Shown: positions 56,601 through 64,000 of the stretch, in pieces
How the letters are laid out: every line of letters starts with the position of its first letter
How positions within the stretch are numbered: the stretch's first letter is position 1
From: Cyanophora paradoxa CCMP329
Taxonomy: Eukaryota; Plantae; Glaucophyta
Direction: 5' to 3'
DNA: 64,000 nt
Assembly: GCA_004431415.1 (NCBI GenBank)
Contig: QPMI01000477.1
Location: 620,001 to 684,000 of the forward strand
Program-made: the position numbers and the translations under genes
Notes under the pieces: model-generated
What the model was told of the DNA's origin: nothing
The model's input: the letters and a program-made list of their open reading frames with translations, nothing else
Databases searched by the model: none

Positions 56601-59600
56601 GAATTGAGTAATTATATAAGGACAACAGATCTAGACCAATTCGAACTCGATCGCACCGTCTCTGGCGAGGCGAGCTCCCCCCAGTCCACCTGGAGCGCAA
56701 ACCGAGGCCTTGAGCACGAGAGCTGAGAGAAAGAGACAATATTGATTTCCTCTTACCCAGTACTGGACAGGCCCGCAGCCGGCTGCCCGCGACGCGGTTA
56801 CAGTGACGTTCTCGCCGGTGCGGACGACAGAGCTCGAGATGTTGGCGCTCAGCCCGCGCGGCGGGCCCGCAAAAGCTGCAACATAGAAGACAGCACTCGA
56901 CTCGCCAGCGGAATTCGTTGCGGAGACTTTGACCTCGTACGTGCCGGTGTTGCTGTACGACTTCTGCAGCACGGGCCACGCCTGGGCGGTCGAGACGGTT
57001 CGCGTGACGGCTGGCGAGTTGTCGCCGAAAGTGACGCGAAGAGTAGTGGGGTACGCGATCGACGCGTTCGCAACCGACCCGAAGCGGAACGAGGCCGGCG
57101 CGTCGCTGCAAGCTTCCACCAAGTCCGGGCCTGTCACCGTAACACCCGTAGGGAGCCCGACCAGAACCTTGGCCTACAGAATAAAAAGCGATTGGCGCCA
57201 GTTGCAAGGGGCGTAAATATAAATCGAAGACGGCCCGAGGCGCGCACCGTTGCCAGGACTTCGGGGCTTTCGTCGCTGAGAGCTGGCGGCCTGACTGGCG
57301 TTTCCCTGTAGCTTGCCGGGAGCAGGTTGGTGGCCGTGGTAGTGACAGTTGCGGGCCGATCTGCAATTGGAAGGCGGTCGGACTTTTCAAGCGGTGTTAG
57401 CACTTGCCGAAATATGTAGCAACGCACTGCGACTCTCTACGGAGATGAAGGCATAGACTTCGTCCATAATAGTTGGGTCCTGTGCGTTGGCCTTTGAGGC
57501 TTGCAGAATTACTGTGGCGACGCCCGCGGCCGTGAAAGTGAACGTAGCCGTAGTCCCTTGCGCCGTGGCACCGCCAATGTCCAGCTCCTGCGATTGCAAG
57601 GAACTCATGATCAGCACCGGCCGCCGCCACGAGCAAACGTTGAACGGGAAAGGCAAGACGCGCCCAGAAGAACGTGTAACCGGACAGCTTGGCCGGGTCG
57701 AACTGGGCCGTGAACGTGACCGGCTCCCCAACGAAAGGCGTCAGCGTCGGCGCCTGAATCCAGAGGTCGCCGCTCGTCTGCTTCAGGCCGCGCGCGCGCG
57801 ACGGCGGCAAGAGCCGATCGAAGTTTAGATCAGGCGACTCCAGTGCATGCCTCCGCGCGGGCGTGAACGGGGTCTCAACGGGCCAGCAGTTGCCAAAGAC
57901 GGTGCCGGCAAACGGAGCCGAGAAAGGAGTCTGGGCAACGAACGGGTTGTCGTCTGGCCACCTGGTTATCCAATCTGCGGACGGGACCTCGGCGTCTGCA
58001 AAGGACGCCGAGAGCCGCCCGCCTCAAGATCTGTGCGCACCGAGGCATACTCGGACGTCGTGCGCCAGACCGGCCCACTTGTTAACCTGCACCGCGCCCT
58101 CCCTAGGGAAGTTCGCATTAACCTGGCGCGCGCAGCCGTCTGAGCGAGGGCGCGGACGCGAACCAAGAATTATCTTTGGCGCACCCGGAACGAGAGAGAG
58201 CAGGTGGCGCCGGCCGAGCAGCCTGAGAACTGCCGGGTGGTCCCGACGGAAGGCCCCATGAGCTGCGGATTCTCCGCATCCACCCGACAGTCGACGAAGT
58301 TCGACTGCCAGCCGTTCCACTGCACGCACTTGTACAAGAAAAAGACCTTCACTCCGGAATGCGCTGATAGCAACGTGTAGTCAGCCGGACGCGGATTTCG
58401 AACAAGGCGGCACTTAAGGCCACAGACCGAAGTCTCCGAGGCTGTATACGTATGAAAGCGAGACCGTAGAGCCTTCGCAGAGTCAGAACAAAGAACAGAG
58501 CCTACAATATGAACGCATGGGGCTGGATCGGAATAGGATCAGGAAACACACCAGCGTTTAAACGAGTCTGCGAAATCGAAGTGATCTGCAAGCTAGTTGC
58601 TGCGAGGGGCTCAGCGCAAGTGATCTCGAATGAGCGATTGGATTGCAACGCACGATTTGGCTTGATCAAAAAGTACTGCTGTTCGGCGCTCTCAACGCGA
58701 GTCCCGTAATATGTGAACTCCACGCGGAGCTAAAGCGGGGTCAGTGAGAGCCGGATGTGCTAAACAAGCTGAATGACTTTTACCTTCGCTGTCTTGACTC
58801 TCGGGCTGAGCCAAGACGCGAACTGCCAGCTGAAATGGTTGAGCAGAGGGCACTGGGCAGCGAACAATCCGAACTGTAGATTGTAGGTGGCGCCCTTCGT
58901 TCCGTCCGCGGTCGTCGACCTGATCGTGCACGTTTCCGCCGCATTGGCCGCGTCTGTGATGACGAGCCTGTACTCCATGTCACCTGCAAAAGCGCAACCT
59001 CGTCAGCCTTCTATTTCGCCGCGGCCTTTGACTGTTTGCGAGCCCGCGCACGTTCGCAGTGGTCAGTCCACCAGGTGACTGGGTACGGAACCATTGGGAA
59101 CATGCCCGGTCCGTTGAGGGAGAACGTCCAGAAGGACCAGGAGAACGGCTTGGTGTTCGCCACGCCCCTGAAGATGATAGGAGGCACCGCCTTCTTCTTG
59201 ATCCTCGTGAGCCGAACGGTGATCGTGTTTGAGGAGTACGTCACGCCTTGGATCGACGTCGTAACTCGCAACTGCTCGATGGCGCTGAATGGGACGGAGC
59301 GAAACGCGGCACCTCCCCGCGGGCGCGCACCGACAAGGCCTTGTCCTTCGTGCAGACCGGGAGGCTATCGAGGACCGAGCACCCCACGGCACGATCGCCC
59401 CAGAACAGTTCTCGATAATACGGAGAGGACTGCAAGAGACTCTGAGTAATCGCACATCGAGTAGCTGGTGCCGCCGGGTCCCAGAATTCGAAGCTAAAGC
59501 TTGTCGATACTGCGGGTCACGCTCAGCGAGAAATGAGAGCACGGCGTCGGTCTGTTCATGCGCACGGCCGCATCTACGCTCGTTCCGCCAGGAGATTTTG

Positions 59601-62600
59601 ATAGGGTCGTCCGCAAATATGGGCATGGACGCCGGATTAATCTCGTCGAGGACAAGCCTCGGCTCTGTGCAAAATCAGCCCCGGACTTGTCAGCAAGCGG
59701 CCCGAGACCAAATGCGCATGCGCACCGTTCTTGATGCCGAGACGGATCGGCAGGGACGCTGATACTACGCCACCGCCGTCGTTGGCGTTGGGAAGCGACC
59801 ACGCTACTCGCAGGTGGTGATCGATAGAGCCGCCGCAACTGAGCCGGCCGACGCTTGCGAGCGCCGGGACTGTCCACGTGAACGAGCTGTCCACAGTCAC
59901 GTGCACAGAGCTGCCCTGTGCACTTGACGGAATCGCAATGGGAGACTCGGTTCGCACGACTTGGAGCAGGTTGCTCGACACAATGTCCCGGCTGAGGGCC
60001 GTGTATCCGAAGGGCGAGAAGAACGCGCCAACGTAGCGTGCTGTCAGCTGGTCGCCAGCCTCTAGGATGGAGGTCGCCGGCGTGCTTGACGTGAGCGACA
60101 GTGCGGTCACTGTTCATTCAGACAGTGTAAGCTGCGGAAGGGTTTTGTACACACAAGCAGGAGGCTTCGCGCACATTCCCTCCGGCCGGCTTGGAAGGTG
60201 ACCTGAGCGACTGTGTTCTGGGTGTCCACTTGGAGTCTATCGGCATACTGGATCCTTATCTAAGAGCCTCGTTGTCAGTCGCAGCACAGCAAAGAGCCGT
60301 ACATTCCGTAACGCCCACGCACCGTGAAGGACGCCGAATTGCCGACGGGAATGGAGCTCACAATCGATGCAACGCCAAATACCAGCCGCCCACCTGATCA
60401 GAAATGAAGGTATCAATGAAGAAGTTAAAAAAGCATCGCCTCGTTCCGTTGCGGCACGCACGCACCGGCGGTTGAAGCCGAGAACGAGTCGAGCGCGGGC
60501 TGGTTGGGACCCCCCGGAGGCGACAGCGTGGCCACAACCTGGTTGTTGGCGTTCACCACCTCTACGCTGTAGCTGCTGTAGCCGCCTGCAGAGAAGCTCT
60601 CAGTTTGATGTACCGCGCGAGAGCGCATTGTATTTAAATTCGGGCGCACGGAAGACTCCGTACGTCTCCGAGGTCCAGACCAGCTCCACCCTGGCCCCGT
60701 TCCAGTACGTGTTGCTGAAGAAGAGAGGGGCAGGAGGTTGGGCTCCAAGGCTGATGGACAGCCTGCCCGAATCGAGCGTTATTCCAGCTCTGACGCGCTA
60801 CTAGATATAGAGCCGAAACAGAGCAAAAGCGGACTTGTTCCTAGGGAGGGCGTTGATCTTCACGCTCGTGACGTCCTTGACAGTGTTGTCGTCGCGGCGC
60901 ATGACCCGGATAAAGAAATTGCCAGTGACCGGAACGCCGCCCAAAGAGCCTGCAACATTAGGTCTCAGCTTTCAGCGGAGCACCAAACGAGAAGAGAAGC
61001 TTAAGGGGCGCGCCAGGGATCGTCCACTGGGCGCTCTGCTCCCTGAACGCCACGCTGACGGCAACCGTGTCCGCGATCGTCGCGCGGACAGAACCGTCCG
61101 GGTTGAGCAGGTCGACCTTGACGTCGCCAGTCGCCGAGCTCTGCGGCACGGATCCGGATCATATCGAAGACTCTTCGGTGCACCGCAATCGCGAGGGTAT
61201 CCACGTCTTAGCGCTAGATACCGACATAGATAGCTACCTATCGCTGTAGCTAGCTACAAACCTATTTCAGCTAGCCCAACGCCAAACCCAACGATTATAC
61301 AGAGACACGCACGAGCCAGGTGACAAACAGAGTCTCGAACTCGACGTAATCCGGGAAGGGCGGGTCGAGCACGTTGATGTACATGCCTGCAAGAGCAACG
61401 TCACGGAGATGCCTCGTTGGAGTGAGTCGAGACAGGAGGCGGCATCACCAGATGGAGTCCAGTCCAAGCGGAGGTGCAATATCCCATGGATGCCCGGGTC
61501 CAGCCCAGGCGTAGGTGGAATATCCGGGTTCTCAGCCAGAAACGCGTAGCCCCACTCTTTCCTCGGGTACCACGCGAGGAGAACCAGATCTCGGACGACC
61601 CAAGTATCGTGGTAGAAGACCGAAAGGAGGCCGTCGCGCTCGTTGCCGGCGGGGCGGACGTCAAAGATCACCTGAGAAGCCCGGATCCGTGGCACGGCCT
61701 CAAAAATCCAAGCGCGAACTGCTCTGAGAAAGGAAACGCACGTCGCTGAGCTGGGGCGCAGGAGTCGAAGGTCGCTGACGGCCGCGGAAGTAGGGCGCGG
61801 CTGCGGTCGGAGGGTACCTGCTCCGAGCATTCGTGCGGGGCGGGACGGGGTGAGCTCGAGCGCCCCAAGGCGAGGGGCCCCGCGCACCACACGTTCACCG
61901 ACGGCTCGCTGCCGCAGATGCGAAGCTGCTCGAGAGCGGTCAGTGGTGGGGTCTCCGGGCGAGAGCGGCGAGCGAAACCGAGATCACCTGGATGGTGATG
62001 CCGGATCGGCCAGGGACGCGTCCATAGACGGCCGCGGGCTCCTTGACCCCGTAACTGGATGTGGTATTCACTACGCGCGCCCTCATCAGGTGGGAATCCC
62101 GACCAATTTCCGAGGCCTGGGAATGAGCTGACATCCTTCCCCGTACGAGAATGTCAAACCGCAGCCTCCCCAGCTGACCAAATACAACGCCTGGACGCGG
62201 AAGAACCGCGTCCAATCTGCCGCACGACCTCGATGAGCGAATGAGCAGCTAAAAGAGCCCGTAGCGTTGAGATTAATACTGTCGAACCGAGGTAGAAGCT
62301 CCAAGCGCCGAAGGTATTTCCTTCATACCAAATCAAGTTGATGCCCATATCGGTCCCCCAAACAGGGAAGCGCGGGGGAGAAGCGGCCCCGAGGAGCACT
62401 GAGTTCGACATGCGCGTGGGGGGGAACCGCGTGATGGCGTTCTGGTAGTCGTTGTACTGGAAATCTTCGATTAGGTTGGACGTGTGGGCCGGCATTGGAA
62501 CGAGCGCGATCGTCTCGGCGGTGGGATCGCTCTTGAGAGTAGATCGGATGAAGAGGTAGTGGAGCGAGATCTCGTCAACAGAGTTCCCTGCGAGGTCATG

Positions 62601-64000
62601 GTCAGGGGCCGTCAACGAACGTGCACGTGCACGTGCTTCAAAGGCCCAGCGAGTAACAAGCGCAAGGGGCGCACCGTCGGCGTAGCCGGAAAAGCCGGAG
62701 ACGGCGAAGGCCCAATCACGTTTGGGGATCCAGCCCGAGAGGACTACGCACTGGATCGCGTGGATGTTCTCGACGTACACGTCGGCGCACCGGTCGGCCG
62801 GGTTTCCGCCGGCTCTGTAGTCGGACCGCACCAAGAGGCGAATCCTGGTGGGCCACGGGTCTGGGTCCCCTCGCAGCCTCGCGCGAGTGCGCATTTCTTG
62901 AGTGTCTGGAATATCGAACGTGGAAAGAAGAGTGCGCCCCTGCCAGTACAGCTGCACGCGGCGTTGGACCGACAGGACGACGACGCTGACGCCGGCGGTG
63001 GGCAGGTAGCCGACGCCCCGCACGAAGAGCCTGCGGTCGATGCCGTCGGAGGTCGTGCGGCGGCCGAAGCTCAGGATGACGCCGTCGCCGCCGGGCGTGT
63101 CGGATCCCATCGAGACCTTCGGGGGCGGTGAGCAGCTGCAGGGCGCGGCCGATGGCCGTGGCGCCGGCCGCTGAAGCAAATCTAGACAGACACCGATTGG
63201 CCGCGCACCTCGGCATCGAAACGGAACTGGTCGAAGACGTCCGTGGTCCCGCTCCACGGGAAAAAGACAATGCCGCCGTACTGAGGCCCGGGGACGCCAG
63301 CCTGCGTGAGGCGCAGCCGCTCGAGCAAATCGAGGTAGCCGCTTGGGCAGGCCTGGAAGTAGTTGCAGTGGCCAGCCATGAAGGCCGGCGTGTTCCCCGC
63401 CGACCCGAAGACGCTCCACGTGGGCAGAAAGCCGGTGGTGCCGACGGGGGACGCGCGCGACTTCCAGAACCCGGTATCGAGGACCAGCGAGAGAAAGCCA
63501 GAGTCCGCCTCGGCTCTGAGGTGGCGCGTGACGAGCTCCGACCCGAGCGAGACTTCGCCGCCGATCTCGAGGGCGCCAATGTTGGACGATATTTGCCACT
63601 CTCTTTGGGACGAGGGCTCCAGCTTCTGCCAGCACGAGAAACCGTAGTTCCCTCTGTTGCATACTCCAGTACCGGCAATGTCTGGAGGGAGGACAGGATG
63701 AGATGGGGCGGAGCGTTCCGCGAAGGAGAGTGAACGCACTGTGGAACCAGCCGAACCACCTTGGAGGCGGGAGCACTCCGTCGTACCTCGGACTCGTGTC
63801 GACGGTGAAAAACGTTGACGTGCTATCGTCGGAGCTGGCCGTCAGGCTGCCAATCGCAAGGAGCCAGAAATACTGAACAGGGAACGCCGCGTTGAGGGGG
63901 CGCGTGAGCGTCCTGACACCGCCCTCGTTGGAGGCAGACACGGTGACGGTGCGAGATCCGTACGTCTCGAAGTCCTTCGTGCCAGAATACGTCTCGAACT
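38622..64000 (-). CDS. Giant multi-exon single-pass cell-surface protein (5' end outside window): PKD-like, Cys-rich, IPT/TIG, invasin/filamin Ig-like, REJ-like and Ser-Pro repeat regions, C-terminal TM
   Basis: [32 protein letters not shown] (~39000-39085); REJ-like [27 protein letters not shown] (~49100-49190); RDxFGN Ig-like repeats; [16 protein letters not shown] (TIG); DxCGVCGGD repeats (~55060-55330); VTFGDNS...[17 protein letters not shown] (PKD). Splicing checked across only a few junctions, so more than one gene cannot be excluded. Confidence 0.72.
44341..45810 (-). repeat. 42-bp coding minisatellite, ~34 units, encoding [14 protein letters not shown]
   Basis: Directly visible; single-G losses near 45230 and 45474 shift the frame. 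Confidence 0.95.

Overview
The window has two compositional halves. Bases 1-21204 are AT-rich, intron-free endogenous viral DNA of the Polinton-like virus (PLV)/Maverick type, and appear to be two nested elements. Element A (<1-~7092) carries a penton-like gene, a double-jelly-roll major capsid gene (two 1-nt frameshifts), an A32-type packaging ATPase and a repeat-rich end. It abuts a 5'-truncated protein-primed DNA polymerase B gene of element B. Element B (~7093-21204) carries an rve integrase, a patatin-discoidin fusion, a six-gene phage-like fibre cassette, a zinc-ribbon gene, a prokaryotic-type S-adenosylmethionine decarboxylase, iteron-like subterminal repeats and a 95-nt terminal hairpin with a GCGAAGC cap and three tandem G.A mismatches. 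B is also CpG-poor except in TCG/CGA contexts. Bases 21205-64000 are GC-rich, short-intron eukaryotic host DNA; an MSAFV transit-peptide start suggests a glaucophyte or red-alga-like host (inference). They contain a membrane-protein gene interrupted by B, five non-autonomous DNA transposons in palindrome-rich DNA, a plastid-targeted HAT/TPR (HCF107/Mbb1-like) gene, riboflavin kinase, and the 3' ~25 kb of a giant multi-exon cell-surface protein gene. The best candidate for an undescribed system is element B: a hairpin-ended PLV with a modular fibre cassette and a possible anti-methylation strategy. All calls come from reading motifs by eye; no searches were run, and counts are hand counts.
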